DNA of 63,105 bases, taken from assembly GCA_020536535.1 (NCBI GenBank), contig JAHLWZ010000877.1:1-63105 (forward strand). The letters are read 5' to 3'. This DNA is from Pelomyxa schiedti. Lineage: Eukaryota > Protista > Evosea. The notes under the pieces are model-generated. The model searched no databases and was not told where the DNA came from. It saw only the letters and a list, made by a program, of their open reading frames with translations. Position 1 is the stretch's first letter. Every line of letters starts with the position of its first letter. This document shows positions 13,007 to 27,566 of this stretch, one piece after another. Made by a program: the position numbers and the translations under genes.

Positions 13007-16000
13007 ATGGACCCTTTCTTACTTTCGTACTTTCATTTTCCTTTCTTTATTTGCATTCCCCCACCCTCAAAAACAGACCTTGGGACCAAAATGAGTGTTC
13101 CTCCCCCTCAGTGGAGGATGGTACCCCCATACTTTCTTATATACCTCCTTCGAATTTGCAAGGCAAGTGCATGTCTCAAAATTGTTGTTATTTACCAAAA
13201 TGAAGAAAGGTTTCCACTTGGATCCCTACCTGATAACCAGGGTAGCTCCTCTTTTATGTTTTTTGGGTTAAACAAACTAATTCCCAGGTGGAGTGTCTAA
13301 CTTCACAACCACTGATATGGTCAGTCATTCCCTTGCAGGAATCGCAGTGGGCTTGACACCACTCGGCTGTCACATACTTCCTTCACCCTCAAATCAGTAC
13401 AGTGAAGATAGAGGCGGCAGTTCTACCTTACCCTCAGTGTCAGATGGTAGGTACTACTCAATCCCCCTGCAATCCTATGCCAAGGCATGGTCTTTCTAAA
13501 TTACTGTCATATTGACCAAAAGAAAGCTGAGTTGTCACAGAGAAAACCACAACCATATGTTCCCAGCTTTAATGGTGCCCCACTTAGATGCGAGCCAGTT
13601 GACCATAGAATACCACAACAACAAGAACAATACAGCTCTATCACCAGCAGCATCACTTGCATACAATCTCCATGTGGTCCTAACATTCCGGATATGCCTG
13701 CTTCAAACTCCTGTGCCTCTGTCTCATCACTGTGTCGTATTGACCAAAACAAAAAAAAGGTTTCCCCTCTGAACCTCCACTACCAGTCGATGCTACCACT
13801 ACCAGCTCTGATGACGATGAGTGTAAGTAACACTTCCTTCTTTGTTTAGTCTCACAGGTGATCAACACGTAGCTCGAAAACGGGCACCACCACTCAGTAA
13901 AAATGCGGACCCAGCCACTAGGAAGAAAAGAAAGCCACTAGGAACGAATGTAAAGTGCAAGTACTGTGTACACCAAACATGTCACTTACGGACCACAGAA
14001 AGCAATCCATCTCCAGGCACCCACACCAAAATATTCACTAACCAAAGAGTTGATTCTCTGGAATATTATTCTGAGCCACGCATATTTTCTCACAACAGAG
14101 TGGCTCTTTTTAAAGGACACGTAGCCAGGGAGAAGAAAGATGTAGTGTTTCTGTATAATGAACCACTTCCATTTCAAAATGGGCTCTATGTTTTCACATG
14201 TGGAATTTGGGTGGAGGACAATGACCTGGCTTTAACATGTTCATCACTTACAATTGGGAGGAAAGCTCTTTACTTTGATAGCCACTATTGTGTGCCCTTA
14301 CTGCAAAAAAACGGTGAAGCCTTCTCCTGGCCTGTCTATGTGATTGGTCGAGAGTACTGGCATGTGCACCTGGCTGCCATTAACGAGAAAGAAGGCATTG
14401 ATTCAAGTCGAAGACTTCATTCGCCTCTTCACATCCCCGCATTAACAGATATGAGATTGGCTTCAAAGCCTTTGCATGGGGATCTGGTGTCTATGTCTTC
14501 TGCAATGTGGATTTCAGTTTCTACGGATACTCCTGTGTGCATAACGATGGCAACAAACTACCCTTCTCCCTTGTCTATTTCCCCAATACCTCTGCAGGAA
14601 CCGCCTTCTGCATCGCAGTCAGTATGTGGGTCTCAGATATTCTCCAACAATTACTGGGTTTTACCTTCCTGTTGTAAAAGCGCATCACTTCTTGACAACG
14701 GCCGTACAGTGCAAATTTGGGGTGACCCAAAAGTATTTCTTGCACACATGCAAGAATCTTCTTTTTGTATCACTGTGAAGTTTGATGTTTCTAACAGATG
14801 TGGTGTTGGTGTATCAACCTTATGTCGCAAGTCATATTGGATGTGGGAGCATCCTCCCCGCCTGGTGTGGGAGCACCCTCCACAAGTTGTAGGACCAAGG
14901 CCAGCCCAACCCAGCATAGATTATAAGAGTGATGACACGATCGAAGTACAGGTTGACTGGCAAGGAAGAAAGATCTGGTTTTCCATCAAGTCTGAAGAAG
15001 GCCATCAACCCGAAGAACCTTCTGTATGGCTCCCATTGCCACGGGACTCTATTGAGTTGTATCCAGCTGTGCACTTGCATGGAAAAAGTGAAAGTGCGAC
15101 GTTAGTTTCACGTTCTCCCACCATCCTCAATCAAGGACACCTTTATGATACAGGCAACAAAGTAGATGTGGGGGGAAGTACTTCTCACACCTCCTTCACA
15201 ATCTCAGGACACACACCGAATCATGAAATAGGTGCCCCACAGTGGCAAGGTTCCAATATCCCAACTCCAGGGTACCAAGGAAACCAAGAGGAAGCTGCTC
15301 CCAACCCAACAGGTGATATACAGCAAGCCCGGAATTGCGGTACGCAGGAGGAGCACATCTATGCAACAAAGACTGAGGAGAATAAATCCACTTCTCCAAG
15401 TCCTGGCACAGTCCTACCAGACCAACTTGATGCCATCTGTCAAGAAATGGGGCTCCTTCAGATTCTCCCTAAAGATTCGGCCCAACTCGAGTCTCTAACA
15501 ACTGATTTAGAGGAAACCCAAGGTAGACCCTCACCAAGAGCGGCACTGCAGTCAACATTCATTTGTACTAAACCCCCGTTGAATGACCACTGTGTGATAG
15601 AATATATTTCTGACAAGGGAAGTCGGCAAGTCTGGAAGCTTACTCTCAAGGACTGCAGTCTTAAAGCAGCAGAACGGTGTCAATTGGCTTCACTGGTACC
15701 AGGGAATATTCTTTGGATATTTGAGAAAAACCCATTGGCCCAAGTGACAATAATATCAAACCTCTCTGTCATCTGGACCTGCACGGGCTCATGTGTTAGA
15801 GGCAACAGTGGCAACTTGAGAGAGGGGGTCCACCTGGAGCGGATTGAGCTCTTTGCCCCTTTTTCTGAAGACGACACCTCTGAAATTTTTCTGAGATTTA
15901 CCAAAGAGAACAAAGAGGACACAGCATCAGGAGCCACTCGGTTTCATGCAGAAATTAAGGTCACCAAGTGCCGTCTGGAAAAAGCCTTCAGCCGCCTTGG

Positions 16001-19000
16001 CCTGGATGCAGCCACAAAACTGTTGGAAGAGCTCACCAGGCAAGGGGTGGTGCACTCTTCTAACACGGAGGAAACCATTTTGCAAGCCGATTTTGACCTT
16101 GTTGTGGGTTTGAATAGTCAGGATCTCCACATTGTGCGTTGCAGAATCCTTATTCATGATCTATGGGTCTTTGGTCTTCCCATTGGGGGAATCTCTCAGT
16201 TCAATCACAGTGAAGAGATGCCGAAAGATTTATTTTTCACAATGCAAAAGCCATGGGTACAGGATTTAAGTGCAAGTTCAACAACATCAACAGAAAATCA
16301 CTCAAATTTATATACTCTGTTATGTGCAATGAATGTTGCTGTTTCAAACAGTACGGCTACGCTGCTAAAGCTCTTTGTACTTACAGACTATAAACTAGTT
16401 GTGTTTTTGTCACATGAGCCGCAAGGAGGTGCCAGTGAACCCTCAGGCTCTTTTATTTTGCACCTTGACCTTCAAGTGACAACTGACGCCACTGAATCTG
16501 GCCGTAAAAACTACAAGGGGTGTGTGCTACGGCATGCATGCCGAACGTACATTGTGGTGGAACTTGGAGGTCTGTGTCTCGACCTAATAACTGAGGCTCT
16601 TGGTATCCCTGTAGAGAATCTGCCCTTTACTGGGTCCTTCACGTTACTTGAGTTTATAGAAGGGGGCAAGGACCCTAATGACAACACCAACGACCACTTT
16701 TTTGATCTTAACAGCAACTCAACCTTCAACTCAAATTACCTCTATTCTCCTTCTCTATCCCACAGCATTTCGCGGTTACTGTGCAGTAGTGTATCTTCCT
16801 ATTTCTGTCTCAAGGCCGACTTCTCTTGGACCGGGCCCTTTGCTGCTATGCTTGACCTTCCTGGTAGCTGTTTTTCTGGTGAGTGCATGATCTCAGATCA
16901 GGGTCTGCACGTTGTTCTTACATCAACTGGTATTGGATTCCTTGGGCTTAACTCCATATCTGATGTAACTTGCCGACTTGACATTTCTGGTCTGACACTT
17001 CAAAGCACTTTTCCCTTTGCTTATGGCATAAGAATGCAAGCAACATTGCAATATCAATTTTCACTCCAGGGCGGCACAGCGTTACTGGACTTTGAGTCTC
17101 ATCCTGACACTGGCACCCAACTGCCTTTTTCTTTGCCACAACTTAAAAATCTTTCCGTGCATCAACTTCAAGGTGAGGCTGGATTTTGCCTTGGAAGTCA
17201 TTCATTCTTACTTGGTGGTGTCGCTCGAGCAATTTGGACAGATGGACCTCAACCAACAACGAATGCCGTGCTAAAAGTGGCAGTAGAAAGAGGCAATCCA
17301 ATGATAGCCACAGCTTTCCTGTCTTACCCAGAGATTACAATGGGATCACTTATCCGGCTTCTCACTGGGTGCAATTACAAGAATGTCGCATTCCTTGACC
17401 AGGCCTTCCCTATTGTAACGCAGCTGGAACTTTTATACAAAACGGACAACCTCGAACTGGAGTACATTCCCTCAATGAAAAGAATACAAGCAACTAACAG
17501 CACATCTCTGACGAAGTTGATTCAAAAAGAAACTGGGAGACAAGACCCACCCTTGCTGAGAAGCGATGAGAAGTGTATTTCATTTTCTGGACGCTTACAG
17601 TGGCTCGGTATTGATGCTCGTATCACGTTCTTCTCTTTTCCCGCTCTTGGGACTTCCTCACCTTTGAAATTCCGGGTGGCTTTCAAAGAGTGGAAATGCT
17701 CAGTGGGATCGTTAGTTTTATTTGAAATTGGACCGTTTCCAGAAGAAATATTTATCGAACTCAATTTTGACACCGCTCAAGGAACAGCACATTTCCAGGT
17801 TGATGAAAATCTGCAGATTTACCTTCTTCCCTCAATTTTGGAATCGGCCTTGACAATTCCAAGAGTTCTTGAAATTGCCTTCCAAGCCAGAAGAAAGGAT
17901 CTGAGTATAAATGCAGCCCTGGTCTTTGGTAATGTAAGTGGTGACGAAAATACTGTTAAAGTAGTAAGCTCTTTGTATGAACCTTCTGACAAAGAAATTG
18001 TAATGTATGGTCAACTTAGATTTGCTGCAATAGAAAAACTCCACAACATCCAAGTTAACCTCAAGAACTTTGATGTCAAATCCAAACGTGAAGTGACAGC
18101 AGTCGTTATTGCTGGATTGCAGAAATGTATCAGTTGTATTTTCAATGTATGTAAGGAAGCACTGAAGGAAGCCCTGAATGCTATAGAGCAGTGCGCTGCT
18201 CTTCCACAATTCCTCAGGGGACACATTATGCCTATAATTCTCATGGCTGTGTCTGTGGCAAATAAGTGCTCAAACGGTGTCAACCTGGTGGCTTCAATGA
18301 TTCAGCGCCTCACTCCCAGCGTGTTGGATATAAAATTGCTGTGTGTTGATGGAGAGTTATGCTGTGATGGGAAATCTGTTGGTGTAGATGTGAACTTCGA
18401 CATTACACTTTTCAGTCACTCCATCGGAGGGACTATCCATGCAAACCTCACTACTTTACTCAGTGATCTCTGCAAAAAGGTATGACACCTTCTTTTTCCC
18501 CCTTTTAAGCTCTTTGTGCAGTTGATTCAGTTTGTTCTGGTGGAAGAAAAAATACTAATAAGAAACTCCAGACCCATGGGGCCAATCGTGAAACTGTCAG
18601 AAGAGGAGAAGAGCAATATGGAGAAACCCCTAACACAGCTCTGGACCTTGATTGAAGATGTGAAAGAGAAAATACCTGAAAGGATCCTGTCAGATGAAGA
18701 AGCATACCAAACACTTCCACACAGCCTCCTGGCTGATCCACTGCTTTCAGATGCCCCCCAACCACCCACAGAATGCCCGCACTGCAGACAAAGCGTTCCC
18801 CCCACTCGTTTGACCAGTCACGCGAAAGAGTGCCTTCAGAAGACTGAAGTTGGGTGTGCCCAATGTGGAGAGAAAGTCAGAGTGATTGATCAAGAAAGGC
18901 ACGCAAATGAAACGTGCAGAAATAAACGCACCCGTTTACTGTTCTGCAAGTTCTGTCACTCTGAAATTGATCCCTTCAAAATTCAAGAACATGAAAATCG

Positions 19001-21383
19001 AGCATGCGTTGGGCACTGCTCATGCCCAATGTGCAATGAACAGATGGAGAGGAGAGTTTTAGTTGCCCACCTGAAAAGTGGTCATTGTCCAAAAGGCACA
19101 CGTGACGAGGTTTGTGAGAAGTGCGACTGTTTGAAAGAACGACCACATATTTGCAGTTTTGCTAGGTTCTGCTCCAACTGTGGGGAAACTTTTGAAGCCA
19201 CAGAGAAACATTTCTGCAGCCCCGTTGTGTTGTGCCTTTACTGCAATCAACAAATTTTGATTGAAACAAGGGCCGTGCACGAGAGCATTGATTGTGTTTC
19301 TATTCCAGTGTTCTGTGAAGACTGCCACGCAAAACTGCTACCCAACAACCAGACCACAGCATCCAAAAAGCGAAGTGATCATTCATTGGAATGTCCACAT
19401 GCTGCTGTAACCTGCTTTAATTGCATGAAGTCTTTTCCAAGACACGGAATTGGGCAACACAAAGGTACCTGTGAACCAATATTAAGACGCTGCAAAGCTC
19501 CAGGCTGCACCTGTCTTGTTGTACACAGCAGGTATAATGAGGGGGAAAAAGATGGTTCATGTCCTTTCTGTTACAAGCAAACTGGATCTTTTAAGACTCT
19601 TCGATCACACCTGAAGACCTGTGAAAGATTTATTGTGGATTGCCCCTTTTGCCACCAAGATTCTTTTGTTCGGTGCAATGCAGCTTATCACCTGAAATCA
19701 TGTGGTGGATTTCGTGTTCCTTGTCCTATTTGCAAGATCGATGGGTTTTCCTTGAAAACACTCTGTGAACACCTCCTGACTTCTGCAACGTGTTATGTCC
19801 CACTGCCGTGTCCGTATTGCCAAGAGCTTGTGTTATTTAATGGCGCCGCTCCAGATAGTCATCTATCGGTTCACTTTGAGAAATGTGCAAAGGCGAGGAG
19901 AAGATGTACTTTCTGCAACACAATCATCTTCCAGTGTGACCAATGGGAACACCTGAAGTTTAGGTGCGAAGGTTTCACTGTTGCATGCTTTTTTTGCTCT
20001 GCGCCAGTGATAATGAAGGCATTGCCAAGTCATTCTCTCACTTGTCCCGCCGTTAAAGTGAGTTGTTCCTCAGAACAGCTGTGCCTTTTTTGCTGTAACA
20101 ATGTGAAGGACTTATCCAGCCACGTTCCAATCTGCCCAAGGGCGAACAGCCAACAAAGCTGCGTCTACTGTGGCAACGAAATACAACTCTCCAAAATGCT
20201 CGATCACTGGTTGAGGGAGTGCCAGGGTGCCCATTTTTCCGTTGTGTGCCCAAATTGTGACGCCCAGGTTTTGTTCCATGATTTGGATAAGCACTTTCTG
20301 GACTGCCCAAAAGCAACAGTTTTGTGCCCCACATGTGACCAAACTGTATCTGTGAAAAACTACAGAAGGCATCTTCTTGCAGAGTGCAATAACAGCCACG
20401 TACCTCTTAAATGTGGACTCTGTTTACAACAGTGCCCCAGCAGGGATCTCTTTGAGGGTTCTCACTACAACACCTGCAAGGCGTGCTTATGGCCATGTCC
20501 CATTGGAGCAATGGAAGCAAGAAGGACAGCTTCGACACCCCAAGCAGGAACTGCCCACCATTGCAATGAAAACGTGCTTCTTCCTCATCTCGAGGAGCAC
20601 CTGGTGCCAAACGTTGGAGAGGAGTGTTGTGTTTCCTTCAAAGTACCATGCCGGTGTTATCCTAATTGTACTTCAACCTTCCCCAGACGGGAATTGATTC
20701 ACCACATGGAACATGTCTGTGAAGAAAACAAAACCACTTGTGAGTTTTGCAACTGGAATGGACCGATGAAGCACAAAGCCCTGCATGCGAGACAATGTGA
20801 GTACCGCCCAACTAGTTGCGGTAGTTGTAGAGCCACTCTGCCTTGGAAGCATCTGCAACACCACAAATGGAGAGAATGTAAAGGACGCCTGGTATGGGCA
20901 CACCGGCGACTACGCAAACCCCAGCATCTTCCTGTTGGCATCCACACCCCCAGCACAGGACATTGGGGTGACATCTATACCGTGTACCATTATGCTTCTG
21001 GCTGCCCCACTGGGAAGAAGCAGGTTCACCGGTGCTGCCTCCAAGATGTATCCACAGCGACGTGCACTAACCCCAGGTGCCGCACATGCTTGAAGGCGTG
21101 CGCAACAATTTCTTGTTCGAGTGCAGAACTTTGGACCTGTTCCAGGTGCCACAAGCAGGCTCTACGGCAACAACTCGAGAGTGAGTGCTGCACGGTGCCT
21201 ATCGAGGCACAAGTGTGTGCCCTTTGCCTTAAGTCCCCAACGCCCGGGAACGGGTGCGAGCTAGTACCCCTTCGTGACCTCCCTCAAGACATGAGGGATA
21301 AGGGGTACTGGGCAGACACTGATGTCCCACCTGAAAACCACAATTACGTCACCAGCCCACTAGTTATTAACGACTGGTTGTAA
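13007..21383 (+). CDS. Giant (about 2,700 aa) multidomain protein: SPRY/B30.2-like domain, long beta-rich central region, C-terminal array of about 25 TRAF-type zinc fingers
   Basis: Two huge exons (about 13858-18479 and 18510-21383) joined in frame by a GTATGA..AAG/CAG intron; SPRY-like segment FCITVKF..GVGVS..DTIEVQVDWQGRKIWF..LYPAVHL; repeated CxxCx11-13HxxxC units; 5' small exons and start are tentative. Confidence 0.75.
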
Positions 21384-21465
21384 AAAAAAAAACCCTTGCG
21401 CTTTACTTGTGGTGAAATAATAATTACTGCTTGCCGCATATCCCCATCGCCATGTACATCGGTGT

Positions 21466-24436
21466 TCACGTTTTGTTTCTGTGTGGTGGTTGTGGGTTTG
21501 CTTTGTGGGCTGTCAATTCGTCACGGGCACGGTAAAATGCCCTAATTTCTTCGTCCGCCTCTGCAACTCCGGTCAAAGTGGCTGCAGGGCCGCTGTTTTC
21601 AAGCAATGTTCGGCGGTCCTCGGGCATGGTGACTGTGTGGTGTCGAGGGCGAGTGCCCTCCCGAGTTCCTTGGTGCGTTGGGGGTTCCGTGGTATTGCGC
21701 GTTGTGTTGAAGCATTGGGGTTCCAGCACACTCACAGGCTGCTTGAAGGCACCTGAAGAGTGGCGTGAGCTTTGGTGAAGATGTGCGAAAGGACACAACC
21801 TGTTGTGGGTGGCGGATCCGAAGTGATTTCATCGCTGCATTGTTCTGAAATAATTTTACCCAGCAACTGAAAATCACTTTGTATTTTGGAATGCAGCCTC
21901 CGCAGCATAATCTCCAGCGTTTGTGTTGTGCTTTTCAGCGCCTGAAGTTTGGCCATCTCTGCAAAAAAAGTGAGTATCTTCTGTTCAAAAACGTAGAATG
22001 AGGTACGGTTTTTGTAGGATTGCCTCTCTTGTTCAATTTGCCTGCAAAGCTGTTCTTCTTCAATGGTTCTTGGTACTTGTTGTTGAACAGCTTCCGCGCC
22101 AGAAGACTCTTGTCCCTGTTCCAGCAGGAACATAGCTCGCTTCAACCTGTGCTGTTCAATGGCCATCTTCAGGGAGTTTATGTGTTGCCGAGTTGCTTCC
22201 ATTTGTGCCGCAACTGACTTGGCTTGTTTATACATCGATTGAAGGAGTGTTGTGTTTTCCACTACTGCCAAATTGTCGGGGTGTTGCCTTCTGAAGTCCT
22301 CGAAAGAGGGATTTGGACAAGTAGGAAGAAGATGAAGAGTGTCCTGATGGGCATTCTTGCCATATGGTCGTTGTTGTGGCATCATGATGGAAGGTGAGTT
22401 GCCGTTTTGAAGAGCGGATGATCCATGCAAGTCATTCTGAGAGGGCAGTTGTGTCTGTCTGAATTGGTAATGTTCGGGGTGCCTGTTCTGGGGTGGGTCG
22501 TTCAAGTCTGCCACCGCTTTGCCGGTGACTGGGGGTGCTGGCTCCGGGGTATTTTCTTCTTCAGTGTGCGTTCTGTTGCGCATAAGAGACACCAGCATTG
22601 CTACTTCCTTCTCTCGTTCCATCAGTTTGGCTTGCAATTTGTTTGCTGCACGAACGTTATCATTTGTAATCGACATTGATTCGGCACGTGCTTTCCATTC
22701 CAACACTTGCTCTTTCAACAACCTGCAGCATTCCACACTCAAACGGGGGTTTCTCAAAACAAGCACTGAGTTTGGTGACGGGTCCTCAAGGTAGTTTGTA
22801 ACCAGTTCTCTGCATTCGGCAATGTTCACTTCAGCTCCTCCTTCGTCGCCATCACTCGCCGAAGAAGGTTGCATTTGAGCTTTGAGAAGCTCGAGTTGGT
22901 GCCTCAAACGTTCGATTTCAATTTGAGGATCGACGTGCTGGTTGACAACCGCGTGGTTGTGGACACAGGCAACGCGTTGCGCGAATTGACAAGTGGAGAT
23001 GGATTCCGCAAGCGAACTGCAGGTAGGGCTGAGTGTCGCAATCATTGCCGTGCAGCAGTTACCCCCCAAGCTGTCCCGCAACACCTGAGTGATTTTGCTG
23101 TTCCTGTACGGGATGTGTTTGTCTTTTTTCCACAGAGAAGTGATCACTTGCTCAAGGAAATGCAGAGCCTTGTTGATATCTGTAATCATATTTGAGGGTC
23201 AGGTATTGTTGGGGAAAAGGATAATTACATATTGCCTCTCTGAAGCGTTGCCCACTTGAGCCGGTTCGGGTGACCCTCTCAGAGCCAGCGAGATCAACCA
23301 AATGCAATTTGGATCTTCGTGTGGTGTTTGTCCCTTCTGCCTTGGACTCGATGTACACTGTAAATATCTTTTGTTTTTTTAAGTTTTTTCAAAAAAAAGA
23401 GGAAAGATACACAATGTGAACGAGAAGACACAGGATTCATGGGTGTCTCTGCAATTGTTCTGTTTGTATCCCCAAGGAATAACAAGTTTAGTGCCTGTTC
23501 GTGAGTTTCAACTGGATGCTTGTTGAGGTTCATGAACTGCACTTCCCCAGACTCATTCATCCGAAGGTTCACCTGCGAAGGGATATTAACAGGAGAATGG
23601 GGCCACAGAATAACACAACAGCTGAGGTAAATCACTGACCCTGGGAAGCTCTTCCATCGAGTCAGCTTCGTGGTTGGGATCAAGCAAATCATATGCGATT
23701 TCGTTGTAAATTTCCATGTAGGATACTTGCACCCTCCAGTCCAACTCTGTGCGGCGTGATGTTTCATGAAAGATCTTTTGGGAAATATTCATTTAATAAT
23801 TTTACTTAAATATTTATTAGGAGAGGCGAAGGTGGCATACAAGTTCCAATGCCCTTGGAATGATTCCTCGGAGAGAGTAGTGTTTAGTTCCCCCAGTTAT
23901 TGTGAAGGTCTTTCCTTAGCACCAGTCAATTTTTGTTTCACAGGGGGGAGGGGGGCTGGGGAAAGAGACAGGAACCTGAGCCAGTTTGACCATATGCAAA
24001 AAGGGTGGCATTGTAACCCTCTAGCGCCGTCAACACGAGTTTTTTTGCCACGCAATCAAAGATTGTCTGGTGGATGGGATCCATGAGCAAAGAAGATGCG
24101 CGCTTTACAATTGGCACGGGGCGTGGGGGACAACACGACGACGATGACGATGGGAGATGGTGGATGGGGGGGAGATGGGAGCCACACTTTTTGGTCGGCG
24201 CCGTGGCCGAACACCTTGTCGAACCCGAACCGGACCACGCAACGCCGAGACCTGCCGTCGCTCGTCACCACGTCGATCGAGGGGGCGGGCGAGTCGTTGG
24301 GCTTCATCAGCCCCGAGGCCAGCGCGTCGTCGTCGTTCTCCAGCAGGGACAGTATGGGCCTCACCCTCAGATACGTCAGTATCCGAGCCGCGTCGTTCTC
24401 GGCCCCACCCGTCTTGGCGGCGCTCGTTGCATTCAT
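21466..24436 (-). CDS. KIF6: Kinesin-9 family motor, KIF6-like
   Basis: [92 protein letters not shown]; KIF6-type C-terminal motif [18 protein letters not shown]. Confidence 0.9.
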
Positions 24437-24520
24437 CAGACAAATTCCGTTGTCCTTCAGTCGAGGGAATTTCGTTCGGCAAGCTCAATTCCCTGCTTGA
24501 ACCCAGTGCCTCAGATCATC

Positions 24521-27405
24521 ATGGTTCAGAAACTGGGTTCAGTAAATCAAAAATACAAGAGCGACGAAGCAAGCGAGATGCAAGGGGCGTCGATGATGCA
24601 GGTTGGAGCAAGGTCGTTGTACCAAGGCAACCACTACGGCACAACAAAACCCACAGGGTGGAGCGATCCAATTGCGCCCATAACCCAGTTCCAACGACCC
24701 AACGGAGTCCCCGTTCCGCCCGCGGTCCCTCGCGTGAACAACCCCTACGCCCCACAGCAACAGCAACAACAACAACAACAACAAATTGCAAGAGACGACG
24801 TCAGGCGGCCGTTCGAGAGATCTGTTGGCGTTGGATCTGGTGGCGGCAGCGGTTGGGACGATCGCGGCAGATCGTACGAGAGACCTGGCGAAAGGGAGGC
24901 CACGGCGATCAAACCAGAGACTGGCGGCGAATCTTCCTCTGTTTACAACCCCAACAGCAGAATCTTCTTGGGGAACTTGCCGTCGGAAAGAACGTCTAAA
25001 CAAGAGCTCAACGATATATTCTCCCGCTATGGTCGCATTTTGGAGATTGTAATCAGAAAGAGGTATGTGCTTATTGTCTACCTTGTACTTTTTTTTTTTT
25101 TTTCAACAAAAAACCACCTGTCTCAAAAATCCAGTTTCGGGTTCGTACAATTTGAACGGGCATCAAGTGCACAAGCTGCTATTGATGGAGAAAACGGAAG
25201 GTTGATTGGACACTGTAAACTTGGTAGGGAACATATCACGATTACCCTCTCTCATTCCGCACAAGATATCAATCTTGCTGACAGCAGACCGCGGAGAAGA
25301 CGAGATAACTCGCGTTCCAGGTCACCTCCATCAAGGTCACCCCCTTCTCGACATTCCAGTCCCCCCAGAAAGTACAATTCTCTTGACTTTGAGTTGTTTA
25401 TCAAACTTTCATCTTGCAGTGCCGATGTCCAGGCAAATCAAATTCCAATCTCTCAGATTTTCTATGTTGGTCCCTCCCAGCGGTCTTATGCTTCAAAGGT
25501 GGAAGGTCTCTTAAAAGATGAAGTTGGTGAGCTAAATTGCATCCTGATTGTTCCAGTTCATAGCTGCACAGGGTTTTCCTCTGAAATAAAACTCATGGAG
25601 CGCCAAAGCATTCGAGCTGCCCTCCAACACTCTCAGAGTGAAGGTGTGCGTTATGTTATGGTTCTTGGTAGAGAAAACGTGGATCGACGTACAGTTGCAC
25701 TCAATTTGTTGCATGCACTTCCAAATGACAGGCCAGAAGGTAAATTTCAGTGCAGTCTGTCCTCCTCCCTTCACTATGTCCAAAATCTGCCCCACAAATC
25801 AAGTAGCATTCTGTTTATGATGCTCTTAGATTTCTTGTCCCGTTTCTTTTTGTGTCCTCCTTGTGTATCTCTGATATTAGTTAATCAACCAATTTGCATT
25901 TATAAGGCTATGATGACATGAACTTGAATGAAGCCATTGATATGGTCGCCAAACAAGAGTCCTTAGTCTCAGCTAGAAGAAGAATGTTGCAACAGGCCCA
26001 GCTGAATTACCAACAGCCAAATTATCCAGCTCAGACTCCATCTTACACACAAGCTCAACCACGGACATACCCTCCCCCACCCACACAACTACAATACACA
26101 CAAAACCCTCAGATGCAAACCGGTGCAGTTAGGCCATCAGGATTCTCACCAGCACATCCCTACAATCCTCAACCACAGTATTCGGCACAACAACAACCCA
26201 CCTGGTCCCAATCACAATCCCAACCAACATACACAGCTAGTCCCTCCTATGCATCACAGAATTCATCCTACCCCCGCCAACAACCATACACCAACCCAAC
26301 TCAACAAAATCCGACTTATACCTCTGACCAGCTTTACCACACATCACAACCTGCAAACACTACAATGACAAGTGCACAGTACGGTCCTCCCCCCGTTTAT
26401 CCCCCTCAACAAAAAGTACCCATACAACCAACCAGTACACCCGGAAACTCTTCAATCTATCAACAGCAAACACAGTATACACAGCAGTACCCGGCTCAGA
26501 CTCAGCAAATTTCAACACAATCGCAAGCACAGATAATGTCACAACAGGTACAGCCCAACGGGGCATTGCCAACACAAGTGAGGAGTGAAACTGGTTTGTA
26601 TAATTACCAATCCAGCACATCGTTTGTCCCACAAAGCTCTAATGTTTCCGGAAACACTATACCTGGTACATCACCTGTCTATAACGTAGTCCAGCAAAGC
26701 AGTGTCCCAGTACCTCCAACAGTGTCAGGAGGACCATCAGGCAACGTGGGTATCATTCGCAGTAGTGTTGACCCTGCTTCCTATCCACCAAGCCAGCAAT
26801 CACGTCAGTTGTACTCAAACCCGGCAGTACCTACACATTCTCAGCACAGTGATGTAGTTCAAACAAGTGGTTACCCGTACACAACCAATAATGCCCCTCC
26901 TCCAACAACTAGTCAGTATCAGACACAATACACACCAGAGGCACAGCCACAGAGAATGCAGCAGGCCCCGGGGTACTCAACACAAACAACTAATACTCCC
27001 ACAGTGTCCTCTTACACTGATTACAATACCATTGTAAATGCTGTTCAGTCTTTTCAATCCCAAGGCCAATCCCAGCCCAACAACAACAACGTGGTTGTTC
27101 CACAGACAACACAACAGACTCTGGCGCAACAACAGGCCGCTGCCCGCTCCGTAGTCTCTGCAGGTCTGCCTGAACTCGGGGACTTACAGGCCAGACTTCA
27201 GAAAGTAAGTGTAGAAAAGCCAGTAGGACCAGTATCAGTAACCGGGAGTGTAAATCCTTACTTGCACCAGCAGCAACAGCAACAGCAGCAAAGGCCGAAT
27301 GTAGGCACAACCACAGGCCCAACAGCAGCAGCACCAACAAGTTCAGTGATGAATTCCTACACAGTAACGGGGCAGTACTCATCCACTGCTCGTTCTGGGT
27401 GGTAG
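24521..27405 (+). CDS. RRM plus anticodon-binding-like domain protein (NCOA5-like) with long Q/P/Y/S prion-like C-terminus
   Basis: RRM RIFLGNLPS..IFSRYGRI..SFGFVQFE; RS-rich linker; alpha/beta domain SYASKVE..GVRYVMVLGREN..TVALNLL; Q/P-rich exon 25918-27405. Confidence 0.75.
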
Positions 27406-27566
27406 TTGCCAACTACAGTCAGGGAAGAACAATTTTGGTTGTGTTGTCACACTGGAGTGGAGTGGAATGGCACCTTGCACCCCTCATTTTTTCTCACTTG
27501 TACAAGTGTAGCAATCAAACTTTGGACAGTAAAAAGAAAAATTGTTTGTTTTTTTGTGCAATATTT

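Noticed and set aside
24074-24520. Apparent overlap of the 615-aa plus ORF with the KIF6 first exon
   Set aside because: It is a GC-rich antisense read-through; the plausible start is ATG 24521.
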